This document shows, one piece after another, positions 50,179 to 58,871 of a stretch of 64,000 nt of DNA. The position numbers and the translations under genes were made by a program. The stretch is from IMG/VR virus record IMGVR_UViG_3300042923_000569, positions 62,001 to 126,000 of that record; one strand, 5' to 3'. Within the stretch, counting starts at the first letter, position 1. Each line of letters starts with the position of its first letter. The notes under the pieces are model-generated. The model searched no databases and was not told the DNA's origin. It was given only the letters and a program-made list of their open reading frames with translations.

Positions 50179-52062
50179 ATGAGTGCAACGAGAATTAAAG
50201 GTGCTGAAGGCGTAATAATTGATAGTAATTACTACCTTGAACTACCTAAAGCACAGACGAAAACTACTACCTACGCTGAACGTGCAGGTATGATCCGTTA
50301 TAATACAGCATGGAAAGCATTTGAAGGTGTTCTTGATTTTGATGATGGTACAGTTGAATACAGACGTTTTGCAAACCTTGACTCAAACGGACAATTACTA
50401 ACATCTCAATTACCAAGCTATATTACTAGCGGTACTGATTACATGGGTACATATTCCCCAATTACAGATGATATCGATCCACCTGTAGTTGTAGGCCAAT
50501 ATGATATTTTACCAGCTCCGACTACAGATAATGCGGGTGATTATTTTATTATTCGTGGCATTTTTGATGCTGCACAAGCACACTATGTAGCAAATTCACC
50601 AGCTACATCACCTGTAATTTTCACTGTATCAAATCCAAGTTCTCAGGGGAACTGGATTGAAATCAAATATTATTTCAGTGTCGATCCAGTAGATACCTCG
50701 AAAAAGATTGTTGTTGCCGCATTTGGTCGTATCAATGTATCAGCAATTCCAAGTACTGGTCATGAGGGTTTAATTTCATTATCTTCAGATTCAGATTTAA
50801 CCGCTGCTTTTACACAGGTTGATGACCGTTCAATCGAAACAGCATTAACTGATGGTGATTGGGTTATCAGTACTGGATTAAAGCAACAAAGATTACGTAA
50901 TTCAAGAGTAAGTATTAGTGCTGGTGCAGTTATGTTTGACCGTACCATTTCTACTGCAACTAATAGAGGCTTCGCTTCAAGTACTGGTACAGTACAAACC
51001 ATTCTAGATAGTTTGATTATGTCCGGTTTACGCCGCACTGGAGACTCTATGCTAGATGATGGTGGTAAGGGTGCCGGACGCCTTGGGTTGACATACGGTA
51101 CTGCCACAGCCCCTGCTATTGCGTTTAACAGCAATCCATTTGATGCTACCACGAATCCAGGCAATGATCCTACATTATGGTCAGATACTACAACTGGTAT
51201 TTTCCATCCTGCAACCGGTAGTATTGGATTTTCTGCAAGTGCAGTTGAAAGATTACGTATTTCACCAACACAGATTATTGCATATCCAGTTGCTTCTGCT
51301 TCAGTAACAGTGCCGAATATTTTATTCTCTGCAACTGGAAATACCAATTTAGGTTTATTGACTACTAATAACTCATTACGATTTGTTAGTAATGGTTCCG
51401 TAAACGTTACATTCGCACAGGGTCTTAGTACTTTTAGTGGTAATGTTGTTGTGTCTGGAAATACACAATTAGGTGATGCTTCAACTGATATTCTTTCAGT
51501 TCCTTCTTCAAGTGTGTTTACAAATACTAGCAATACCTTTGCAGGATTGCAAATGGTTTCAGGTTCAGCTTTAACTTTCCAAGGAACTAATGCAGCAACT
51601 ATTACAAAGGGTGCAACTTCTTTAAATATTAATATGACTGCGTTTGATGATTTGTCTGTTATGGATGGTACAAACTTACGTGCTAAGATTAATAGATATG
51701 GTATTCAATTACCAGTACTTAATCCGATTGACGATGCGGTTGGTGTTGATGGGATGATTGCATATAGTTCTTCAAGAAGTACTGTTATGCAAAAAACTGG
51801 TGGGAAGTGGGTTGTTGTTGGTTCAGGTGGTGGTGTTGCTACCACGTTTGCAAATGCTGATTGGGTACTTAATGGTTCTAACTACACTTACACAATAACT
51901 AGTGCTAATATCCTAAGCGTAACTGTTCAGGAATTAAGTGGTTCTAATTACAGTCCAGTTGAAGTTGATACTATTGTAATATCACCAACTAATGCAGTAC
52001 TGTCAGTACCAGCAAGTCCAGATTTAAGATTTACTGGTCGTGTTATTGTACAATACCAATAA
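50179..52062 (+). CDS. Virion fibre / structural protein
   Basis: GMIRYN....FEG, A.LDSNG.L..SQLP, G.A.AP.I.F...TTTGIFHP..GSIGFS...ERLRI fibre motifs; late promoter. Confidence 0.65.
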   Translation: MSATRIKGAEGVIIDSNYYLELPKAQTKTTTYAERAGMIRYNTAWKAFEGVLDFDDGTVEYRRFANLDSNGQLLTSQLPSYITSGTDYMGTYSPITDDIDPPVVVGQYDILPAPTTDNAGDYFIIRGIFDAAQAHYVANSPATSPVIFTVSNPSSQGNWIEIKYYFSVDPVDTSKKIVVAAFGRINVSAIPSTGHEGLISLSSDSDLTAAFTQVDDRSIETALTDGDWVISTGLKQQRLRNSRVSISAGAVMFDRTISTATNRGFASSTGTVQTILDSLIMSGLRRTGDSMLDDGGKGAGRLGLTYGTATAPAIAFNSNPFDATTNPGNDPTLWSDTTTGIFHPATGSIGFSASAVERLRISPTQIIAYPVASASVTVPNILFSATGNTNLGLLTTNNSLRFVSNGSVNVTFAQGLSTFSGNVVVSGNTQLGDASTDILSVPSSSVFTNTSNTFAGLQMVSGSALTFQGTNAATITKGATSLNINMTAFDDLSVMDGTNLRAKINRYGIQLPVLNPIDDAVGVDGMIAYSSSRSTVMQKTGGKWVVVGSGGGVATTFANADWVLNGSNYTYTITSANILSVTVQELSGSNYSPVEVDTIVISPTNAVLSVPASPDLRFTGRVIVQYQ

Positions 52063-52087
52063 AAAAAAGGAGCCTATGGCTCCTTTT
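52061..52087. terminator. Bidirectional terminator
   Basis: A8-GGAGCC-tat-GGCTCC-T4 between convergent genes. Confidence 0.85.
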
Positions 52088-52090
52088 CTC

Positions 52091-53026
52091 TTATACAGCC
52101 ATTGGTGCTTTAATGGTTGCGTCTGGATTATAATTTTCTAAACGGAATGAATCCATTGTGAACTTTTCAATATCATCAATAGTTGGATCAATCCATAGAG
52201 TAGGTAACTCTTTTGGAGTACGTTCTAATTGTTCTTTTACTTGGTCAACGTGATTTTTATAGATATGACAATCACCACCCATCCAAATAAATTCACCAAC
52301 ATCCAATCCACAAACTTGTGCTAACATATGTGTTAGTAGAGAATATGATGCAATGTTAAATGGAACACCTAAAAATAAATCAGCAGAACGTTGGTATAAC
52401 GTACAAGATAGTTTACCATCAACCACGAAGAACTGACTAAATGCATGACATGGTGGTAGGGTCATTTTATCAAGTTCACCAACATTCCATGCAGTCATAA
52501 TATGACGGCGACTATCTGGATTATTCTTTAATCCATCGATTAGTACTTGTAACTGGTCAATAGTTCTTGAAAGAACAGAAACACCCTGATAGGTATCTTG
52601 TGCAACTACAACTTCATATCCAGCTTTTTCATATTCAGCATGGCTTTCAAATGCAGGAACTACGATGTAATCAACCCACTCACGCCATTGTTTACCATAT
52701 ACCGGACCCAATTCACCATCAGAATAACCTAATGCTACTCCCTGATTCTGGTAGTTACCTGTCCAAATGGTTTTCTTTTCCCAATCACGTGTACCATAAA
52801 GTATTTCAGCTAAACGACGTTCATCATGAGAACCTTCGATAAACCACAATAGTTCAGATAGCATTGCTTTCCAGGCTAAACGTTTAGTTGTTGTTGCAGG
52901 AAAACCAATATTCAAATCGAACCGCATTGTTTGTCCAATTAATTTTATCGTACCTGTACCTGTTCTATCCGAACTTTCAGAACCTTCTTCAAGTACTTTT
53001 TTGTATAGATCGTGTAATTGTTGCAT
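52091..53026 (-). CDS. thyA: Thymidylate synthase
   Basis: DRTGTGT, ELLWF, GPVYGKQWR, DSRRH, LPPCH, YQRSADLFLGVPFNIASY, GDCHIY, APMAV. Confidence 0.97.
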   Translation of the reverse strand: MQQLHDLYKKVLEEGSESSDRTGTGTIKLIGQTMRFDLNIGFPATTTKRLAWKAMLSELLWFIEGSHDERRLAEILYGTRDWEKKTIWTGNYQNQGVALGYSDGELGPVYGKQWREWVDYIVVPAFESHAEYEKAGYEVVVAQDTYQGVSVLSRTIDQLQVLIDGLKNNPDSRRHIMTAWNVGELDKMTLPPCHAFSQFFVVDGKLSCTLYQRSADLFLGVPFNIASYSLLTHMLAQVCGLDVGEFIWMGGDCHIYKNHVDQVKEQLERTPKELPTLWIDPTIDDIEKFTMDSFRLENYNPDATIKAPMAV

Positions 53027-53333
53027 TAGTCTTCCTTAACTCGTAATTTTCATTTCTCAACTGTTTTATAGTAGTTTGGAATTGAGAAATAATATATTCT
53101 ATATTACATTTTATATTACTCAATTCACGTTCATATTTGTCTTCAGCGTCATTCTGACCATTTTTATAAGATTTGGCGATTTCATTTTCATGTTCGTATA
53201 TTAGGTCACTAAGCTTATCTTTATAATCATCAGCAGCATCATTAGATCCTTCTAAGTACCCTTCATTATAACCTAGCTCTCGCCCGTCATCTACACCGTC
53301 TGAATAACCGTCTGCATATGTATGTTCATCCAT
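52989..53333 (-). CDS. Hypothetical protein (GxxxG repeats plus coiled coil)
   Basis: 114-aa ORF in a tightly packed operon; overlaps the thyA start. Confidence 0.55.
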   Translation of the reverse strand: MDEHTYADGYSDGVDDGRELGYNEGYLEGSNDAADDYKDKLSDLIYEHENEIAKSYKNGQNDAEDKYERELSNIKCNIEYIISQFQTTIKQLRNENYELRKTNATITRSIQKST

Positions 53334-53334
53334 A

Positions 53335-53922
53335 TTATCTAAACTTTTCTATGAATTGTTTCATTTGTTGTTCAGTAGCCCTTCGTGTACCAATACCAGT
53401 CCATTTACCATGTGGTTTAGGAACACTGTCTACTTCTATGAATTGTTTTGTTTGATTGCAGTACTGATAAACTTTATTGTCCACAATATCATAGTGATAA
53501 ATTTCTTTATCATTATCATCACGGTCTAAGTACATTTGAACCGCCCATGCAGTTCCACCATCTAATTGTGACGGAGAAATTAGTTTACCGATGGTATATA
53601 CTCGGTCAGTACTACTGATTTGATAGCTATTTCTAGCTAAAAGATTATAGACATATCCAAATCTAGGAACAGATCTTTCCAAAGTTCGGTTTGCCTTTCT
53701 TAATTGTTCACGTACTTCTTTACAAGTAAGTAAATCAGTTGGTAATTGAATAACGGTTTCTTCTCTTACGTGGACTTTATGTTTTTCGAATGAAAAATGA
53801 ATTTCTTCATGTCCATTCTCTGCCGCCCACAAACCAAAAAGGCGGTCAGCTCCCGCTGCACCGCCACTAAAACATACGTTTTCAAACACCATTAACATCT
53901 CTATGAGATCATTACGATGCAT
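53335..53922 (-). CDS. Putative SLOG-superfamily (DprA/YpsA-like) nucleotide-binding protein
   Basis: SGGAAGAD, LARN..Q, GGTAWA, GIGTR motifs; start moved to ATG 53922. Confidence 0.55.
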   Translation of the reverse strand: MHRNDLIEMLMVFENVCFSGGAAGADRLFGLWAAENGHEEIHFSFEKHKVHVREETVIQLPTDLLTCKEVREQLRKANRTLERSVPRFGYVYNLLARNSYQISSTDRVYTIGKLISPSQLDGGTAWAVQMYLDRDDNDKEIYHYDIVDNKVYQYCNQTKQFIEVDSVPKPHGKWTGIGTRRATEQQMKQFIEKFR

Positions 53923-54214
53923 CTTTATCTTCCAATTTAGATAGTAGTTCTTTAATGCTATCATCTTCCAAAGAAAAGCTAGTTTCTAGAGCCGCTAAAA
54001 TAACGGCTGCTGATTTAATCAAAGATGATCTGAAATCATCAAACGAAATATGTTTATCTGGTCGGGAAGCACTTTCAAACAAGTAATAACCTGCTAGGCT
54101 AGTCCAATCATTTTTCGTTTTAAGATGATCTGCTAAAGTATTTGGGTTGCTTAATTGCCGTAAACGTTCTTCGACAATTAATTTAATTATTTCATCCCTT
54201 GATACTTGTTGCAT
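53912..54214 (-). CDS. Hypothetical protein
   Basis: 100-aa ORF coupled to its neighbours; ER.RQ...DW...LIK.AAV..A pattern (MazG-like helical fold possible). Confidence 0.6.
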   Translation of the reverse strand: MQQVSRDEIIKLIVEERLRQLSNPNTLADHLKTKNDWTSLAGYYLFESASRPDKHISFDDFRSSLIKSAAVILAALETSFSLEDDSIKELLSKLEDKDAS

Positions 54215-54891
54215 TATTCACCCTTGCGTTCTTTTAAAGCTTTTTTGACAAGTTCTATTGCTTTAGCTTGTGAGATACCATCAGGCATTTCAAGATAAAA
54301 TGTTCTTTTCACTTCATCTTCTGTAACTGCTGAATCAGATGGTAGTACTACAGCTTGTGTTTGTGGGCGTTGACTTGGGTCAAGGCTATACGCACGTTCA
54401 CGGTTTTCACGTGCAAGTTGTTCATATTTCGAAGCTTCATCAAGAAGACGACCAACAATAGAATCTTGTTCTGGATATTGAGTTTGTGTCTGTTGTTCAT
54501 ATGGATTAAACGACTTAACAGTTCCATCCTGAACAACTGAAGATTGATTAATTTCTTCATTTAGAATATTCAATGGAATTTTGTTAGTTCCACCAACATG
54601 CATATCAATATCTAGGGTATTTTGTTTACGAATATAACCAGAATTATGAAGACGGGAAAGCATGTTTCCACCTTCTAGAATACCGATTTTATCCATAACA
54701 TCCCAAAGTTCTAGTGAATTCTGACCACGGCCTAATACAAGCTCAGCAACACGATTAGAATAGACTTCAGGTAGTGAGTCACGATAAATTACTAGGCAAT
54801 GTGCAGGATCGTTTTCAAGCTGACGCCATACTACGAACACACGAGAACCAGTACTGCGAACAACTCCGCAGTGGCGGGTAATATTACTCAT
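54214..54891 (-). CDS. Hypothetical protein
   Basis: 225-aa ORF with TAATG translational coupling. Confidence 0.7.
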   Translation of the reverse strand: MSNITRHCGVVRSTGSRVFVVWRQLENDPAHCLVIYRDSLPEVYSNRVAELVLGRGQNSLELWDVMDKIGILEGGNMLSRLHNSGYIRKQNTLDIDMHVGGTNKIPLNILNEEINQSSVVQDGTVKSFNPYEQQTQTQYPEQDSIVGRLLDEASKYEQLARENRERAYSLDPSQRPQTQAVVLPSDSAVTEDEVKRTFYLEMPDGISQAKAIELVKKALKERKGE

Positions 54892-55118
54892 TATTCACCT
54901 TCCTGTGATTCTTGACCGTCAGCCTGTGCAGCTTCTTGCTCAGCCATGATTGCAGCAGAAAAATCCTGAAAACGTGAAACGATTGGAGCAACTTCAGCTA
55001 GTTCTTTAATATTAAAGACACTACGCTCAATTGCAGCTTCCATGATTTTAGTTGCATTGATAATATCAATGTACTCAAGGCTTGGACCTGAAACTTGTTC
55101 TTTTGCTTGTTCACTCAT
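54891..55118 (-). CDS. Hypothetical protein
   Basis: GGAG RBS before ATG 55118; first gene after the promoter at 55154-55182. Confidence 0.65.
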   Translation of the reverse strand: MSEQAKEQVSGPSLEYIDIINATKIMEAAIERSVFNIKELAEVAPIVSRFQDFSAAIMAEQEAAQADGQESQEGE

Positions 55119-55153
55119 TATATACACTCCATGTATTATTAATAATTATCTAT

Positions 55154-55182
55154 ATTATACCACAAAAATGTAGTACGTTTCA
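55154..55182 (-). promoter_or_regulatory. Phage promoter TGAAACG-N16-TATAAT driving the operon that ends in thyA
   Basis: Minus strand reads TGAAACGtactacatttttgtggTATAAT. Confidence 0.8.
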
Positions 55183-55222
55183 AAAAATTAGGTCGTCATC
55201 CATAACGACCCGTTATTTATGT

Positions 55223-56584
55223 TTAATTGCGTTCCTGAATATATTCGTAGTGTACTGTCACTCCAAAAGGTGATTCTTTTTTCGGATTAGAATGCACTAC
55301 AAATAATGTATCACAATAATCTGGATCACCCCACGAACCCCAAGGCTCACCATCAGTAAACATAAGTAATTGTTTAGGGCAATAATTTGCCTCTTTCATA
55401 TAATCCCAAACTGCCGTGAATAAAGTACCACCGCCGCCACGTACAGGATACGAAAGAATTTGTTCTTCTTGACCATTAGTATAATCATGAACTTCAAATA
55501 CACTAGTATCAAAAGTTAGAATTTTAATTTTAAACTGAGTAAACTGTTTAGTAATTCCATAAACTTCTGATAAAAAGTCACGTAACATTTCAGAACTAAT
55601 ACTACCGGAAGCATCAAGTGCTACGCAAATATCAATATCAAGATCTGGTTTTAAGCCTGGAAAGATTGGGTTACCAAAACCAATACCACGTGAATATGAA
55701 CGGCGGGAAGGTGTCATATAAGTAGAATCATTCTTAATTAGAGAGCGGATTGTACGGTTTAGTTTTGAACGCCAATCAATTTTAGGTTCTTTGAATTCAT
55801 CAACCATTGCACGGATTTCTGGTGGTGCACCACCAGCCATTGAAGCATTGATCATTGCATCTTTAAATGATTCCATGAAACCTGCCAATTCTTCTTCTGA
55901 GAAGTTTGGAAGATCATCATATTCATCATCAGAACCATCTGCACTATCACCTTGTTGTGGAATATCATGCTGGTCTAATGTACCACCGCCACTATTACCG
56001 GAACCACCACCGCCACCACCTTCTGATTCAGCACGCTCAAGTAGGATATTATAAATTTCCTCTGATGCCATTCCTTCAAATTCTTGACTATATAACCAAG
56101 AACTTTGAATTTCACCCATTGCCTTGTCACGTTTGATAATTTGGTTAATTGCATAATCAGCAGCACGGTTCCAGATTTTACGATCACGAGTTCCTTGACG
56201 TAAAAAATGGTTATAAGCACAGTGTAAAATTTCATGACAAAGTGCTGCAATTAAATTTTGTTGACTTAATCCGTTTAATGCTGCGTTAATTTGTTCTTCA
56301 GTGATTGAATCGATTGCAACACGTAGTTCATCTTCGTATTCTTTACGTAGTTGTGGATTTTCAATACCCATAATGAATTCAACATTATAGTAAAGGTGTT
56401 TCCCATCTACGGCAAGTGTTCTACACCACGTATTATTCTCAACTAATTTTAGTTGAGCTGCAAGTACTCCAAAAAACGGACATGCCATTACCATTGTAGT
56501 ACGTGCAATGTAAATTCGTTCAAGACATTCAGCGGATAACTTTTCTGACACTTGATAACGAACTTTTTTATTTTTATCTGACAT
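55223..56584 (-). CDS. Metallopeptidase-like + VWA domain protein (DUF2201-type; MoxR partner)
   Basis: HEILH zincin motif, WN.A.DY.IN, MIDAS DASGS, GGGGT, FTDG. Confidence 0.85.
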   Translation of the reverse strand: MSDKNKKVRYQVSEKLSAECLERIYIARTTMVMACPFFGVLAAQLKLVENNTWCRTLAVDGKHLYYNVEFIMGIENPQLRKEYEDELRVAIDSITEEQINAALNGLSQQNLIAALCHEILHCAYNHFLRQGTRDRKIWNRAADYAINQIIKRDKAMGEIQSSWLYSQEFEGMASEEIYNILLERAESEGGGGGGSGNSGGGTLDQHDIPQQGDSADGSDDEYDDLPNFSEEELAGFMESFKDAMINASMAGGAPPEIRAMVDEFKEPKIDWRSKLNRTIRSLIKNDSTYMTPSRRSYSRGIGFGNPIFPGLKPDLDIDICVALDASGSISSEMLRDFLSEVYGITKQFTQFKIKILTFDTSVFEVHDYTNGQEEQILSYPVRGGGGTLFTAVWDYMKEANYCPKQLLMFTDGEPWGSWGDPDYCDTLFVVHSNPKKESPFGVTVHYEYIQERN

Positions 56585-56598
56585 AAATTTCCCAATAC

Positions 56599-56619
56599 AA
56601 AAGGGGCATAAGCCCCTTT
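56599..56619 (-). terminator. Terminator-like hairpin between the AAA ATPase and VWA genes
   Basis: Minus strand reads AAAGGGGC-ttat-GCCCC-TTTT. Confidence 0.6.
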
Positions 56620-56626
56620 ATTTTTA

Positions 56627-57964
56627 TTATTTCATTGTACGTGCACGGCGTAATAGTGGGCCATAACTTTTAACAAACTCACGGAAGATTGGTACTTCTG
56701 CATATGTAATGTTAATGTTTGCATCAGTGATAGTACGGATAGAGTGGACAATTAGTTCTTTTTGTGTTGAAGAGAACTGACTATCCATGAATTTTAGGAA
56801 GTTAGAGCAATACAATCCCCATTGTTCAACCGCAAGTTCACCATTATGACGCTGATCAGCAAGTTCAATAATAGCTTGAGTAAGACTTAATGTAATAAAG
56901 TAGTTTTTAGAAACTTCTTGTTTATGATCACCAAAATCAGTTACTACACCAGAAAGAATGTCGGACACTTTCGGTAGATTTGCCATCTGCTCAACATAAG
57001 TAGTATATTCAATTCCGGCACGTGTACCAACGCGGCCCGCAACCATTGCTTTGAATACGGATGGTGATACATTTTGATTTTCACGATGCGTCTGAATATC
57101 TGATACACGAGTCCATGAACGAGGTGACGAACCACCACTATGACTTGTATCTTTTACACTTAACGTGTTAAACCATTTAGAACCAGTTTCTTGAATAAAT
57201 GCAATAGTGTTTGGATTTAGACGATTAGGAATTGCAAAGTTGTCAATCCATGCACGGAAATCAGCAACCATTTCAACGTGAGTCATACGGTCACGTAGTG
57301 GAGTTGCTAGACTGAATGTAACACCACCATCAGTTTCACGGTTGCCAGCGGCAAGAATCAATGCACCTTCCGGTAGTGTTAGTTCACCAACACAACGATC
57401 TAGAATTAACTGATATGATGCTGCTTGGACGATTGGCATTGCAGAGTTGATTTCATCAAAAATGATGACACCTTTCCAACCTTTAGGTAGTTGTAGAATT
57501 TGTGGTGAAGCCCACACTACACCAACCTGTTCAGTATATCCCGGATTATCTTTCAGTTGAGATTCCATAATAACATTTCCGTTAATATCGAAATATGCTT
57601 TTACTGGAATTGGAATACCACGAAGATCTGACGGCTCAATCTGTGATAGACGGAAATCAATGAAGTTGATTTCTTGGTCCAATAGTGAATTGTTATAATT
57701 ATGATAATCTTGCATAGAAACCATAACATCATCTTCATCTTCTGCACGACGAAGTAGATATGCTAGACGACCAGCACTGTTTTTACGTAAGGGGTAATGT
57801 TCATCTGCATATTGTTTTGCTAGTGCTGATTTACCGATGCCAGGTGGACCCCAAATCATAAGGCTATCACCAATTGCATCAGCTATACTCATTGCTTCTA
57901 GTACTTCAGTTGCATTCAGATCATAGTTTAGTACGTTGTTTACTGCTGCTTTTGAATCACTCAT
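56627..57964 (-). CDS. MoxR-like AAA+ ATPase
   Basis: Walker A GPPGIGKS, D.RLSQ.EPSDLRGIP, Walker B IIFDEIN, AAGNR, PLRDR, SPRSW; adjacent to a VWA gene. Confidence 0.85.
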   Translation of the reverse strand: MSDSKAAVNNVLNYDLNATEVLEAMSIADAIGDSLMIWGPPGIGKSALAKQYADEHYPLRKNSAGRLAYLLRRAEDEDDVMVSMQDYHNYNNSLLDQEINFIDFRLSQIEPSDLRGIPIPVKAYFDINGNVIMESQLKDNPGYTEQVGVVWASPQILQLPKGWKGVIIFDEINSAMPIVQAASYQLILDRCVGELTLPEGALILAAGNRETDGGVTFSLATPLRDRMTHVEMVADFRAWIDNFAIPNRLNPNTIAFIQETGSKWFNTLSVKDTSHSGGSSPRSWTRVSDIQTHRENQNVSPSVFKAMVAGRVGTRAGIEYTTYVEQMANLPKVSDILSGVVTDFGDHKQEVSKNYFITLSLTQAIIELADQRHNGELAVEQWGLYCSNFLKFMDSQFSSTQKELIVHSIRTITDANINITYAEVPIFREFVKSYGPLLRRARTMK

Positions 57965-58015
57965 ACTTCTCACTTCACCTTTATTATAATTTAATTATAT
58001 TCAGATCCATCTGAC

Positions 58016-58046
58016 AAAAAGAAAGCACTGGATTAACCAGTGCTTT
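58016..58046 (-). terminator. Rho-independent terminator
   Basis: Minus strand reads AAAGCACTGG-ttaat-CCAGTGCTTT-CTTTTT. Confidence 0.8.
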
Positions 58047-58075
58047 GTTTTATTACATCATTCTTTGATATGGTT

Positions 58076-58104
58076 ATTATACCATAATTTTTTTTAACGT
58101 TTCA
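58076..58104 (-). promoter_or_regulatory. Phage promoter TGAAACG-N16-TATAAT
   Basis: Minus strand reads TGAAACGttaaaaaaaattatggTATAAT; the -35 overlaps the upstream TGA stop codon. Confidence 0.75.
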
Positions 58105-58476
58105 TAAAAATGCAGCAAACAGTTTATTGAAATCATCTCTACAAAATGTAAGCTGTGCTATCACTAAATCGTCTGATAAGTACAAAGTTTCTCCATCAAC
58201 ATAGTATGGAGTGGTGCATATACGGTCTAGTGAGGTAAAGACGCTAGAAGTTTTTTGACTTCGTTTCATGGGAATTGCGGTAAATTCGAAAAGAAAATTC
58301 TCTGAACAAATTTTGAAACCCAATTTACTCAACCTAAGACCACCACCAGTTCTGTAATTATCAAAAATAGATATTAAAATCATTCTATCAGACAAGTCAC
58401 AGTCAAAATCGTAGACTTCTCTGATAGCATTTAATACCGTGTATTGAAATTCAGTACTGTTGGTTTTTGGTATCAT
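58102..58476 (-). CDS. Hypothetical protein
   Basis: 124-aa ORF; GLRLSKLG, LDR....PYY. Confidence 0.65.
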   Translation of the reverse strand: MIPKTNSTEFQYTVLNAIREVYDFDCDLSDRMILISIFDNYRTGGGLRLSKLGFKICSENFLFEFTAIPMKRSQKTSSVFTSLDRICTTPYYVDGETLYLSDDLVIAQLTFCRDDFNKLFAAFL

Positions 58477-58478
58477 AA

Positions 58479-58871
58479 TTAGATTCCCACAAAACCTTTC
58501 TGTTGTGCAAATGATGAAGCTTCAGCAGCAGATACTTCATAGTTTTGAACACCGTCTTTATCAATATAAGGACCAAAATCTTCTGCACCATGATCTTCGT
58601 CTAGTTCTTCTTCAGAACCATCAACGCTGTATTCATCATCAACTTCACCAGAAGTTAACTCTTTAAGTGAATCAGCAACATTCTTCAAATCTGAAGTAAG
58701 TGATGCTAAATCTTCAATAGACCCATCAGCAATTTGCCCTGATAGTTCTTTTAACGAACCAATAATTTCTTTTAATAGCTCAGGTGCAGTTTGTTCTGAT
58801 TGTACTTCTTCAGTTTCTTCTGCATCATAAATGTCATCAATAGATTCCATTAGATTTTTCATATTACTCAT
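58479..58871 (-). CDS. Acidic protein, putative internal head protein
   Basis: MKNLMES N-terminus; D/E-rich. Confidence 0.5.
   Translation of the reverse strand: MSNMKNLMESIDDIYDAEETEEVQSEQTAPELLKEIIGSLKELSGQIADGSIEDLASLTSDLKNVADSLKELTSGEVDDEYSVDGSEEELDEDHGAEDFGPYIDKDGVQNYEVSAAEASSFAQQKGFVGI

Noticed and set aside
57983-58017. Sigma70 promoter TTGTCA...TATAAT directly upstream of the MoxR gene
   Set aside because: Spacing to the two available TATAAT boxes is 12 or 23 bp, outside the 16-18 bp range.
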